A stretch of DNA of 64,000 bases, from the NCBI GenBank assembly GCA_964016885.1, contig OZ024743.1, positions 210,924,001 through 210,988,000 on the forward strand, written 5' to 3'. The stretch is from Eledone cirrhosa (Eukaryota). Each line of letters opens with the position of its first letter. Position 1 is the stretch's first letter. Positions 15,001 through 30,000 of this stretch are shown in pieces. Both the position numbers and the translations under genes were made by a program. A model generated the notes under the pieces. It was given only the letters and a program-made list of their open reading frames with translations, searched no databases and was not told the DNA's origin.

Positions 15001-18000
15001 TTACCTTCCTATAGCCACACATGAGAGCTCTTCACTCCATCAGATATACCACAGTTTACCATCCTATAGCCAGATGAAAGCTCTTCACTCCATAAATATA
15101 CCACAGTTTACCATCCTATAGCCACACATGAAAGCTCTTCACTCTATAAGATGTACCACCTTTTACCATCCTATAGCCACAGATGAAGGCTCTTCACTCC
15201 ATAAGATATACCACAGTTTACCATCCGATAGCCAGATGAAAGCTTTTCACTCCATAAGATATACCACAGTTTACCATCCTATAGCCACAGATGAAAGCTC
15301 TTCACTCCATAAGATATATCACAGTTTACCATCCTATAGCCAGATGAAAGCTTTTCACTCCATAAGATATACCACAGTTTACCATCCTATAGCCACAGAT
15401 GAAAGCTTTTCACTCCATAAGATATAACACAGTTTACCATCCTATAGCCACAGATGAAAGCTCTTCACTCCATAAGATATACCACAGTTTACCATCCTAT
15501 AGCCACATATGAAAGCTCTTCACTCCATAAGATATACCACAGTTTACCATCCTATAGCCACACATCAGAGCTCTTCACTCCATAAGATATACCAGTTTAC
15601 CATCCTGTAACCACACATGAAAGCTCTTCACTCCATAAGATATACCACAGTTTACCATCCTATAGCCAGATGAAAGCTCTTCACTCCATGAGATATACCA
15701 CAGTCTACCATCCTATAGCCACACATGAAAGCTCTGTAACCCATAAGATATACCACAGTTTACCATCCTGTAGCCAGATGAAAGCTCTTCACTCCATAAG
15801 ATATACCACAGTTTACCATCCTATAGCCACACATGAAAGCTCTTCACTCCATAAGATATACCACAGTTTACCAACCTATAGCCACAGATGAAAGCTCTTC
15901 ACTCCATAAGATATACCACAGTTTACCATCCTATAGCCAGATGAAAGCTCTTCACTCCATGATATATACCACAGTCTACCATCCTATAGCCACACATGAA
16001 AGCTCTGTAACCCATAAGATATACCACAGTTTACCATCCTAAAGCCAGATGAAAGCTCTTCACTCCATAAGATATACCACAGTTTACCATCCTATAGCCA
16101 CACATGAAAGCTCTTCACTGTATAAGATGTACCACCTTTTACCATCCTATAGCCACAGATGAAAGCTCTTCACTCCATAAGACATACCACAGTTTACCAT
16201 CCTATAGCCAGATGAAAGCTCTTCACTCCATAACATATAACACAGTTTACCATCCTATAGCCACAGATGAAAGCTCTTCACTCCATAAGATATACCACAA
16301 TTTACCATCCTATAGTCACAGATGAAACCTCTTCACTCCATAATATATACCACAGTTACCACCATGTAGCCAGATGAAAGCTCTTCACTCCATAAGATAT
16401 ACCACAATTTACCATCCTATAGCCACACATGAAAGCTCTTCACTCTATAAGATGTACCACCTTTTACCATCCTATAGCCACACATGAAAGCTCTTCACTC
16501 CATAAGATATACCACAGTTTACCATCCTATAGCCACAGATGAAAGCTCTTCACTCCCTAAGATATACCACAGTTTACCATCCTATAGCCACAGATGAAAG
16601 CTCTTCACTCCATAAGATATACCAAAGTTTACCATCCTATAGCCACAGATGAAAGCTCTTCACTCCATAAGATATACCACAGTTCACCACCCTATAGCCA
16701 CAGATGAAAGCTCTTAACTCCATAAGATATACCACAGTTTACCATCCGATAGCCACACATGAAAGCTCTTTAACCCATAAGATATACCACAGTTTACCTT
16801 CCTATAGCCAGATGAAAGCTCTTCACTCCATAGGATATACCACAGTTTACCATCCTATAGCCACAGATGAAAGCTCTTCACTCCATAAGATATTCCACAG
16901 TTTACCGTCCTATAGCCCCACATGAAAGCTCTTCACTCCATAAGATGTACCACCTTTTACCATCCTATAGCCACAGATGAAAGCTGTTCACTCCATACGA
17001 TATACCACAGTTTACCATCCTATAGCCAGATGAAAGCTCTTCACTCCATAAGTTATACCACAGTTTACCATCCTATAGCCACAGATGAAAGCTCTTCACT
17101 CCATAAGATATACCACAGTTTACCATCCTATGGCCACAGATGAAAGCTCTTCACTCCATAAGATATACCACAGTTTAACATCCTATAGCCACAGATGAAA
17201 GCTCTTCACTCCATAAGATATACCACAGTTTACCATCCTATAGCCAGATGAAAGCTCTTCACTCCATAAGATATACCACAGTCTACCATCTTATAGCCAC
17301 ACATGAAGGCTCTGTAACCCATAAGATATACCACAGTTTACCATCCTATAACCAGATGAAAGCTCTTCACTCCCTAAGATATACCACAGTTTACCATCCT
17401 ATAGCCACACATGAGAGCTCTTCACTCCATAAGATATAACACAGTTTACCATCCTATAGCCAGATGAAAGCTCTTCACTCCATAAGATATACCACAGTTT
17501 ACCATCCTATAGCCACACATGAAAGCTCTTCACTCTATAAGATGTACCACCTTTTACCATCCTATAGCCACAGATGAAAGCTCTTCACTCCATAAGATAT
17601 ACCACAGTTTACCATCCTATAGCCACAGATGAAAGCTCTTCACTTCATAAGATATAACACAGTTTACCATCCTATAGCCACAGATGAAAGCTCTTTACTC
17701 CATAAGATATACCACAGTTTACCATCCTATAGCCACAGATGAAATCTCTTCACTCCATAAGATATACCACAGTTTACCATCCTATAGCCACACATGAAAG
17801 CTCTTCACTCTATAAGATGTACCACCTTTTACCATCCTATAGCCACAGATGAAAGCTCTTCACTCCATAAGATATACCACAGTTTACCATCCTATAGCCA
17901 GATGAAAGCTTTTCACTCCATAAGATATACCACAGTTTACCATCCTATAGCCACAGATGAAAGCTCTTCACTCCATAAGATATAACACAGTTTACCATCC

Positions 18001-21000
18001 TATAGCCACAGATGAAACTCTTCACTCCATAAGATATACCACAGTTACCACCCTGTAGCCAGATGAAAGCTCTTCACTCCATAAGTTATACCACAGTTTA
18101 CCATCCTATAGCCACACATGAAAGCTCTTCACTCCATAAGATATACCACAGTTTACCATCCTATAGCCACACATGAGAGCTCTTCACTCCATAAGATATA
18201 CCACAGTTTACCATCCTATAGCCACAGATGAAAGCTCTTCACTCCATAAGATATAACACAGTTTACCATCCTATAGCCACACATGAAAGCTCTTCACTCT
18301 ATAAGATGTACCACCTTTTACCATCCTATAGCCACAGATGAAAGCTCTTCACTCCATAAGATATACCACAGTTTACCATCCTATAGCCAGATGAAAGCTC
18401 TTCACTCCATAAGATATACCACAGTTTACCATCCTATAGCCACAGATGAAAGCTCTTCACTCCATAAGATATACCACAGTTTACCATCCTATAGCCACAC
18501 ATGAAAGCTCTTCACTCCATAAGATATACCACAGTTTACCATCCTATAGCCAGATGAAAGCTCTTCACTCCATAAGATATACCACAGTTTACCATCCTAT
18601 AGCCACACATGAAAGCTCTTCACTCTATAAGATGTACCACCTTTTACCATCCTATAGCCACACATGAAAGCTCTTCACTCCATAAGATATACCACAGTTT
18701 ACCATCCTATAGCCACAGATGAAAGCTCTTCACTCCATAAGATATACCACAGTTTACCATCCTGTAGCCACAGATGAAAGCTCTTCACTCCATAAGATAT
18801 ACCAAAGTTTACCATCCTATAGCCACAGATGAAAGCTCTTCACTCCATAAGATATACCACAGTTCACCATCCTATGGCCACACATTAAAGCTCTTCACTC
18901 CATAAGATATTCCACAGTTTACCATCCTATGGCCACACATGAAAGCTCTTCACTCCATAAGATATACCAAAGTTTACCATTCTATAGCCACAGATGAACG
19001 CTCTTCACTCCATAAGATATACCACAGTTTCCATCCTATAGCCACACATGAAAGCTCTTCACTCCATAAGATATACCACAGTTTACCATCCTATACCCGG
19101 ATGAAAGCTCTTCACTCCATAAGATATACCACAGTTTACCATCCTATAGCCACACATGAAAGCTCTTCACTCCATAAGATGTACTACCTTTTACCATCCT
19201 ATAGCCACACATGAAAGCTGTTCACTCCATAAGATATACCACAGTTTACCATCCTATGGCCACAGATGAAAGCTCTTCACTCCATAAGATATACCACAGT
19301 TCACCATCCTATAGCCAGACATGAAAGCTCTTCACTCCATAAGATATACCACAGTTTACCATCCTATAGCCACACATGAAAGCTCTTCACTCCATAAGAT
19401 ATACCCCAGATTACCATCCTATAGCCACATATGAAAGCTCTTCACTCCATAAGATATACCACAGTTTACCATCCTATAGCTACACATGAAAGCTCTTCAC
19501 TCCATAAGATATACCACAGTTTACCATCCTGTAGCCAGATGAAAGCTCTTCACTCCATAAGATATACCACAGTTTACCATCCTATAGCCACAGATGAAAG
19601 CTCTTCACTCCATAAGATATACCACAGTTTACCATCCTATAGCCAGATGAAAGCTCTTCACTCCATGAGATATACCACAGTCTACCATCCTATAGCCACA
19701 CATGAAAGCTCTGTAACCTATAAGATATACCACAGTTTACCTTCCTGTAGCCAGATGAAAGCTCTTCACTCCATAAGATATACCACAGTTTACCATCCTA
19801 TAGCCACACATGAAAGCTCTTCACTCCATAAGATATACCACAGTTTACCAACCTATAGCCACAGATGAAAGCTCTTCACTCCATAAGATATACCACAGTT
19901 TACCATCCTATAGCCAGATGAAAGCTCTTCACTCCATAAGTTATACCACAGTTTACCATCCTATAGCCACAGATGAAAGCTCTTCACTCCATAAGATATA
20001 TCACAGTTTACCATCCTATGGCCACAGATGAAAGCTCTTTACTCCATAAGATATACCACAGTTTAACATCCTATAGCCACACATGAAAGCTCTTCACTCC
20101 ATAAGATATACCACAGTTTACCATCCTATAGCCAGATGAAAGCTCTTCACTCCCTAAGATATACCACAGTTTACCTTCCTATAGCCACACATGAGAGCTC
20201 TTCACTCCATCAGATATACCACAGTTTACCATCCTATAGCCAGATGAAAGCTCTTCACTCCATAAATATACCACAGTTTACCATCCTATAGCCACACATG
20301 AAAGCTCTTCACTCTATAAGATGTACCACCTTTTACCATCCTATAGCCACAGATGAAGGCTCTTCACTCCATAAGATATACCACAGTTTACCATCCGATA
20401 GCCAGATGAAAGCTTTTCACTCCATAAGATATACCACAGTTTACCATCCTATAGCCACAGATGAAAGCTCTTCACTCCATAAGATATATCACAGTTTACC
20501 ATCCTATAGCCACAGATGAAAGCTCTTCACTCCATAAGATATACCACAGTTTACCATCCTATAGCCACATATGAAAGCTCTTCACTCCATAAGATATACC
20601 ACAGTTTACCATCCTATAGCCACACATCAGAGCTCTTCACTCCATAAGATATACCAGTTTACCATCCTGTAACCACAGATGAAAGCTCTTCACTCCATAA
20701 GATATACCACAGTTTACCATCCTATAGCCAGATGAAAGCTCTTCACTCCATGAGATATACCACAGTCTACCATCCTATAGCCACACATGAAAGCTCTGTA
20801 ACCCATAAGATATACCACAGTTTACCATCCTGTAGCCAGATGAAAGCTCTTCACTCCATAAGATATACCACAGTTTACCATCCTATAGCCACACATGAAA
20901 GCTCTTCACTCCATAAGATATACCACAGTTTACCAACCTATAGCCACAGATGAAAGCTCTTCACTCCATAAGATATACCACAGTTTACCATCCTATAGCC

Positions 21001-24000
21001 AGATGAAAGCTCTTCACTCCATGATATATACCACAGTCTACCATCCTATAGCCACACATGAAAGCTCTGTAACCCATAAGATATACCACAGTTTACCATC
21101 CTAAAGCCAGATGAAAGCTCTTCACTCCATAAGATATACCACAGTTTACCATCCTATAGCCACACATGAAAGCTCTTCACTGTATAAGATGTACCACCTT
21201 TTACCATCCTATAGCCACAGATGAAAGCTCTTCACTCCATAAGACATACCACAGTTTACCATCCTATAGCCAGATGAAAGCTCTTCACTCCATAACATAT
21301 AACACAGTTTACCATCCTATAGCCACAGATGAAAGCTCTTCACTCCATAAGATATACCACAATTTACCATCCTATAGTCACAGATGAAACCTCTTCACTC
21401 CATAATATATACCACAGTTACCACCATGTAGCCAGATGAAAGCTCTTCACTCCATAAGATATACCACAATTTACCATCCTATAGCCACACATGAAAGCTC
21501 TTCACTCTATAAGATGTACCACCTTTTACCATCCTATAGCCACACATGAAAGCTCTTCACTCCATAAGATATACCACAGTTTACCATCCTATAGCCACAG
21601 ATGAAAGCTCTTCACTCCCTAAGATATACCACAGTTTACCATCCTATAGCCACAGATGAAAGCTCTTCACTCCATAAGATATACCAAAGTTTACCATCCT
21701 ATAGCCACAGATGAAAGCTCTTCACTCCATAAGATATACCACAGTTCACCACCCTATAGCCACAGATGAAAGCTCTTAACTCCATAAGATATACCACAGT
21801 TTACCATCCGATAGCCACACATGAAAGCTCTTTAACCCATAAGATATACCACAGTTTACCTTCCTATAGCCAGATGAAAGCTCTTCACTCCATAGGATAT
21901 ACCACAGTTTACCATCCTATAGCCACAGATGAAAGCTCTTCACTCCATAAGATATTCCACAGTTTACCGTCCTATAGCCCCACATGAAAGCTCTTCACTC
22001 CATAAGATGTACCACCTTTTACCATCCTATAGCCACAGATGAAAGCTGTTCACTCCATACGATATACCACAGTTTACCATCCTATAGCCAGATGAAAGCT
22101 CTTCACTCCATAAGTTATACCACAGTTTACCATCCTATAGCCACAGATGAAAGCTCTTCACTCCATAAGATATACCACAGTTTACCATCCTATGGCCACA
22201 GATGAAAGCTCTTCACTCCATAAGATATACCACAGTTTAACATCCTATAGCCACAGATGAAAGCTCTTCACTCCATAAGATATACCACAGTTTACCATCC
22301 TATAGCCAGATGAAAGCTCTTCACTCCATAAGATATACCACAGTCTACCATCTTATAGCCACACATGAAGGCTCTGTAACCCATAAGATATACCACAGTT
22401 TACCATCCTATAACCAGATGAAAGCTCTTCACTCCCTAAGATATACCACAGTTTACCATCCTATAGCCACACATGAGAGCTCTTCACTCCATAAGATATA
22501 ACACAGTTTACCATCCTATAGCCAGATGAAAGCTCTTCACTCCATAAGATATACCACAGTTTACCATCCTATAGCCACACATGAAAGCTCTTCACTCTAT
22601 AAGATGTACCACCTTTTACCATCCTATAGCCACAGATGAAAGCTCTTCACTCCATAAGATATACCACAGTTTACCATCCTATAGCCACAGATGAAAGCTC
22701 TTCACTTCATAAGATATAACACAGTTTACCATCCTATAGCCACAGATGAAAGCTCTTTACTCCATAAGATATACCACAGTTTACCATCCTATAGCCACAG
22801 ATGAAATCTCTTCACTCCATAAGATATACCACAGTTTACCATCCTATAGCCACACATGAAAGCTCTTCACTCTATAAGATGTACCACCTTTTACCATCCT
22901 ATAGCCACAGATGAAAGCTCTTCACTCCATAAGATATACCACAGTTTACCATCCTATAGCCAGATGAAAGCTTTTCACTCCATAAGATATACCACAGTTT
23001 ACCATCCTATAGCCACAGATGAAAGCTCTTCACTCCATAAGATATAACACAGTTTACCATCCTATAGCCACAGATGAAACTCTTCACTCCATAAGATATA
23101 CCACAGTTACCACCCTGTAGCCAGATGAAAGCTCTTCACTCCATAAGTTATACCACAGTTTACCATCCTATAGCCACACATGAAAGCTCTTCACTCCATA
23201 AGATATACCACAGTTTACCATCCTATAGCCACACATGAGAGCTCTTCACTCCATAAGATATACCACAGTTTACCATCCTATAGCCACAGATGAAAGCTCT
23301 TCACTCCATAAGATATAACACAGTTTACCATCCTATAGCCACACATGAAAGCTCTTCACTCTATAAGATGTACCACCTTTTACCATCCTATAGCCACAGA
23401 TGAAAGCTCTTCACTCCATAAGATATACCACAGTTTACCATCCTATAGCCAGATGAAAGCTCTTCACTCCATAAGATATACCACAGTTTACCATCCTATA
23501 GCCACAGATGAAAGCTCTTCACTCCATAAGATATACCACAGTTTACCATCCTATAGCCACACATGAAAGCTCTTCACTCCATAAGATATACCACAGTTTA
23601 CCATCCTATAGCCAGATGAAAGCTCTTCACTCCATAAGATATACCACAGTTTACCATCCTATAGCCACACATGAAAGCTCTTCACTCTATAAGATGTACC
23701 ACCTTTTACCATCCTATAGCCACACATGAAAGCTCTTCACTCCATAAGATATACCACAGTTTACCATCCTATAGCCACAGATGAAAGCTCTTCACTCCAT
23801 AAGATATACCACAGTTTACCATCCTATAGCCACAGATGAAAGCTCTTCACTCCATAAGATATACCAAAGTTTACCATCCTATAGCCACAGATGAAAGCTC
23901 TTCACTCCATAAGATATACCACAGTTCACCATCCTATGGCCACAGATGAAAGCTCTTCACTCCATAAGATATACCACAGTTTAACATCCTATAGCCACAG

Positions 24001-27000
24001 ATGAAAGCTCTTCACTCCATAAGATATACCACAGTTTACCATCCTATAGCCAGATGAAAGCTCTTCACTCCATAAGATATACCACAGTCTACCATCTTAT
24101 AGCCACAGATGAAGGCTCTGTAACCCATAAGATATACCACAGTTTACCATCCTATAACCAGATGAAAGCTCTTCACTCCCTAAGATATACCACAGTTTAC
24201 CATCCTATAGCCACACATGAGAGCTCTTCACTCCATAAGATATACCACCTTTTACCATCCTATAGCCACAGATGAAAGCTCTTCACTCCATAAGATATAC
24301 CACAGTTTACCATCCTATAGCCACAGATGAAAGCTCTTCACTTCATAAGATATAACACAGTTTACCATCCTATAGCCACAGATGAAAGCTCTTTACTCCA
24401 TAAGATATACCACAGTTTACCATCCTATAGCCACAGATGAAAGCTCTTCACTCCATAAGATATACCACAGTTTACCATCCTATAGCCAGATGAAAGCTTT
24501 TCACTCCATAAGATATACCACAGTTTACCATCCTATAGCCACAGATGAAAGCTCTTCACTCCATAAGATATAACACAGTTTACCATCCTATAGCCACAGA
24601 TGAAACTCTTCACTCCATAAGATATACCACAGTTACCACCCTGTAGCCAGATGAAAGCTCTTCACTCCATAAGTTATACCACAGTTTACCATCCTATAGC
24701 CACACATGAAAGCTCTTCACTCCATAAGATATACCACAGTTTACCATCCTATAGCCACACATGAGAGCTCTTCACTCCATAAGATATACCACAGTTTACC
24801 ATCCTATAGCCACAGATGAAAGCTCTTCACTCCATAAGATATAACACAGTTTACCATCCTATAGCCACACATGAAAGCTCTTCACTCTATAAGATGTACC
24901 ACCTTTTACCATCCTATAGCCACAGATGAAAGCTCTTCACTCCATAAGATATACCACAGTTTACCATCCTATAGCCAGATGAAAGCTCTTCACTCCATAA
25001 GATATACCACAGTTTACCATCCTATAGCCACAGATGAAAGCTCTTCACTCCATAAGATATACCACAGTTTACCATCCTATAGCCACACATGAAAGCTCTT
25101 CACTCCATAAGATATACCACAGTTTACCATCCTATAGCCAGATGAAAGCTCTTCACTCTATAAGATATACCACAGTTTACCATCCTATAGCCACACATGA
25201 AAGCTCTTCACTCTATAAGATGTACCACCTTTTAGCATCCTATAGCCACACATGAAAGCTCTTCACTCCATAAGATATACCACAGTTTACCATCCTATAG
25301 CCACAGATGAAAGCTCTTCACTCCATAAGATATACCACAGTTTACCATCCTATAGCCACAGATGAAAGCTCTTCACTCCATAAGATATACCAAAGTTTAC
25401 CATCGTATAGCCACAGATGAAAGCTCTTCACTCCATAAGATATACCACAGTTCACCACCATATAGCCACAGATGAAAGCTCTTAACTCCATAAGATATAC
25501 CACAGTTTACCATCCGATAGCCACACATGAAAGCTCTTTAACCCATAAGATATACCACAGTTTACCTTCCTATAGCCAGATGAAAGCTCTTCACTCCATA
25601 GGATATACCACAGTTTACCATCCTATAGCCACAGATGAAAGCTCTTCACTCCATAAGATATTCCACAGTTTACCGTCCTATAGCCCCACATGAAAGCTCT
25701 TCACTCCATAAGATGTACCACCTTTTACCATCCTATAGCCACAGATGAAAGCTGTTCACTCCATACGATATACCACAGTTTACCATCCTATAGCCAGATG
25801 AAAGCTCTTCACTCCATAAGATATACCACAGTCTACCATCTTATAGCCACACATGAAGGCTCTGTAACCCATAAGATATACCACAGTTTACCATCCTATG
25901 GCCACAGATGAAAGCTCTTCACTCCATAAGATATACCACAGTTTAACATCCTATAGCCACAAATGAAAGCTCTTCACTCCATAAGATATACCACAGTTTA
26001 CCATCCTATAGCCAGATGAAAGCTATTCACTCCACAAGATATACCACAATTTACCAACCTATAGCCACAGATGAAAGCTCTTCACACCATAAGTTATACC
26101 ACAGTTTACCATCCTATAGCCACACATGAGAGCTCTTCACTCCATAAGATATACAACAGTTTACCATCCTATAGCCAGATGAAAGCTCTTCACTCCATAA
26201 GATATACCACAGTTTACCATCCTATAGCCACACATGAAAGCTCTTCACTGTATAAGATGTACCACCTTTTACCATCCTATAGCCACAGATGAAAGCTCTT
26301 CACTCCATAAGACATACCACAGTTTACCATCCTATAGCCAGATGAAAGCTCTTCACTCCATAAGATATACCACAGTCTACCATCTTATAGCCACACATGA
26401 AGGCTCTGTAACCCATAAGATATACCACAGTTTAGCATCCTATAACCAGATGAAAGCTCTTCACTCCCTAAGATATACCACAGTTTACCATCCTATAGCC
26501 ACACATGAAAGCTCTGTAACCCATAAGATATACCACAGTTTACCATCCTAAAGCCAGATGAAAGCTCTTCACTCCATAAGATATACCACAGTTTACCATC
26601 CTATAGCCACAGATGAAAGCTCTTCACTCCATAAGATATACCAAAGTTTACCATCCTATAGCCACAGATGAAAGCTCTTCACTCCATAAGATATACCACA
26701 GTTCACCATCCTATGGCCACAGATGAAAGCTCTTCACTCCATAAGATATACCACAGTTTAACATCCTATAGCCACAGATGAAAGCTCTTCACTCCATAAG
26801 ATATACCACAGTTTACCATCCTATAGCCAGATGAAAGCTCTTCACTCCATAAGATATACCACAGTCTACCATCTTATAGCCACAGATGAAGGCTCTGTAA
26901 CCCATATGATATACCACAGTTTACCATCCTATAACCAGATGAAAGCTCTTCACTCCCTAAGATATACCACAGTTTACCATCCTATAGCCACACATGAGAG

Positions 27001-30000
27001 CTCTTCACTCCATAAGATATACCACAGTTTACCATCCTATAGCCAGATGAAAGCTCTTCACTCCATAAGATATACCACAGTTTACCATCCTATAGCCACA
27101 CATGAAAGCTCTTCACTCTATAAGATGTACCACCTTTTACCATCCTATAGCCACAGATGAAAGCTCTTCACTCCATAAGATATACCACAGTTTACCATCC
27201 TATAGCCACAGATGAAAGCTCTTCACTTCATAAGATATAACACAGTTTACCATCCTATAGCCACAGATGAAAGCTCTTTACTCCATAAGATATACCACAG
27301 TTTACCATCCTATAGCCACAGATGAAAGCTCTTCACTCCATAAGATATACCACAGTTTACCATCCTATAGCCAGATGAAAGCTTTTCACTCCATAAGATA
27401 TACCACAGTTTACCATCCTATAGCCACAGATGAAAGCTCTTCACTCCATAAGATATAACACAGTTTACCATCCTATAGCCACAGATGAAACTCTTCACTC
27501 CATAAGATATACCACAGTTACCACCCTGTAGCCAGATGAAAGCTCTTCACTCCATAAGTTATACCACAGTTTACCATCCTATAGCCACACATGAAAGCTC
27601 TTCACTCCATAAGATATACCACAGTTTACCATCCTATAGCCACACATGAGAGCTCTTCACTCCATAAGATATACCACAGTTTACCATCCTATAGCCACAG
27701 ATGAAAGCTCTTCACTCCATAAGATATAACACAGTTTACCATCCTATAGCCACACATGAAAGCTCTTCACTCTATAAGATGTACCACCTTTTACCATCCT
27801 ATAGCCACAGATGATAGCTCTTCACTCCATAAGATATACCACAGTTTACCATCCTATAGCCAGATGAAAGCTCTTCACTCCATAAGATATACCACAGTTT
27901 ACCATCCTATAGCCACAGATGAAAGCTCTTCACTCCATAAGATATACCACAGTTTACCATCCTATAGCCACACATGAAAGCTCTTCACTCCATAAGATAT
28001 ACCACAGTTTACCATCCTATAGCCAGATGAAAGCTCTTCACTCCATAAGATATACCACAGTTTACCATCCTATAGCCACACATGAAAGCTCTTCACTCTA
28101 TAAGATGTACCACCTTTTACCATCCTATAGCCACACATGAAAGCTCTTCACTCCATAAGATATACCACAGTTTACCATCCTATAGCCACAGATGAAAGCT
28201 CTTCACTCCATAAGATATACCACAGTTTACCATCCTATAGCCACAGATGAAAGCTCTTCACTCCATAAGATATACCAAAGTTTACCATCGTATAGCCACA
28301 GATGAAAGCTCTTCACTCCATAAGATATACCACAGTTCACCACCATATAGCCACAGATGAAAGCTCTTAACTCCATAAGATATACCACAGTTTACCATCC
28401 GATAGCCACACATGAAAGCTCTTTAACCCATAAGATATACCACAGTTTAACTTCCTATAGCCAGATGAAAGCTCTTCACTCCATAGGATATACCACAGTT
28501 TACCATCCTATAGCCACAGATGAAAGCTCTTCACTCCATAAGATATTCCACAGTTTACCGTCCTATAGCCCCACATGAAAGCTCTTCACTCCATAAGATG
28601 TACCACCTTTTACCATCCTATAGCCACAGATGAAAGCTGTTCACTCCATACGATATACCACAGTTTACCATCCTATAGCCAGATGAAAGCTCTTCACTCC
28701 ATAAGTTATACCACAGTTTACCATCCTATAGCCACAGATGAAAGCTCTTCACTCCATAAGATATACCACAGTTTACCATCCTATGGCCACAGATGAAAGC
28801 TCTTCACTCCATAAGATATACCACAGTTTAACATCCTATAGCCACAGATGAAAGCTCTTCACTCCATAAGATATACCACAGTTTACCATCCTATAGCCAG
28901 ATGAAAGCTATTCACTCCACAAGATATACCACAATTTACCAACCTATAGCCACAGATGAAAGCTCTTCACACCATAAGTTATACCACAGTTTACCATCCT
29001 ATAGCCAGATGAAAGCTCTTCACTCCATAAGATATACCACAGTCTACCATCTTATAGCCACACATGAAGGCTCTGTAACCCATAAGATATACCACAGTTT
29101 ACCATCCTATAACCAGATGAAAGCTCTTCACTCCCTAAGATATACCACAGTTTACCATCCTATAGCCACACATGAGAGCTCTTCACTCCATAAGATATAC
29201 CACAGTTTACCATCCTATAGCCAGATGAAAGCTCTTCACTCCATAAGATATACCACAGTTTACCATCCTATAGCCACACATAAAAGCTCTTCACTCTATA
29301 AGATGTACCACCTTTTACCATCCTATAGCTACAGATGAAAGCTCTTCACTCCATAAGATATACCACAGTTTACCATCCTATAGCCACAGATGAAAGCTCT
29401 TCACTCCATAAGATATAACACAGTTTACCATCCTATAGCCACACATGAAAGCTCTTCACTCTATAAGATGTACCACCTTTTACCATCCTATAGCCACAGA
29501 TGAAAGCTCTTCACTCCATAAGATATACCACAGTTTACCATCCTATAGCCAGATGAAAGCTTTTCACTCCATAAGATATACCACAGTTTACCATCCTATA
29601 GCCACAGATGAAAGCTCTTCACTCCATAACATATAACACAGTTTACCATCCTATAGCCACAGATGAAACTCTTCACTCCATAAGATATACCACAGTTACC
29701 ACCCTGTAGCCAGATGAAAGCTCTTCACTCCATAAGTTATACCACAGTTTACCATCCTATAGCCACACATGAAAGCTCTTCACTCCATAAGATATACCAC
29801 AGTTTACCATCCTATAGCCACACATGAGAGCTCTTCACTCCATAAGATATACCACAGTTTACCATCCTATGGCCACACATGAAAGCTCTTCACTCCATAA
29901 GATATACCACAGTCTTCCATCCTATGGCCACACATGAAAGCTCTTCACTCCATAAGATATACCACAGTTTACCATCCTATAGCCACAGATGAAAGCTCTT

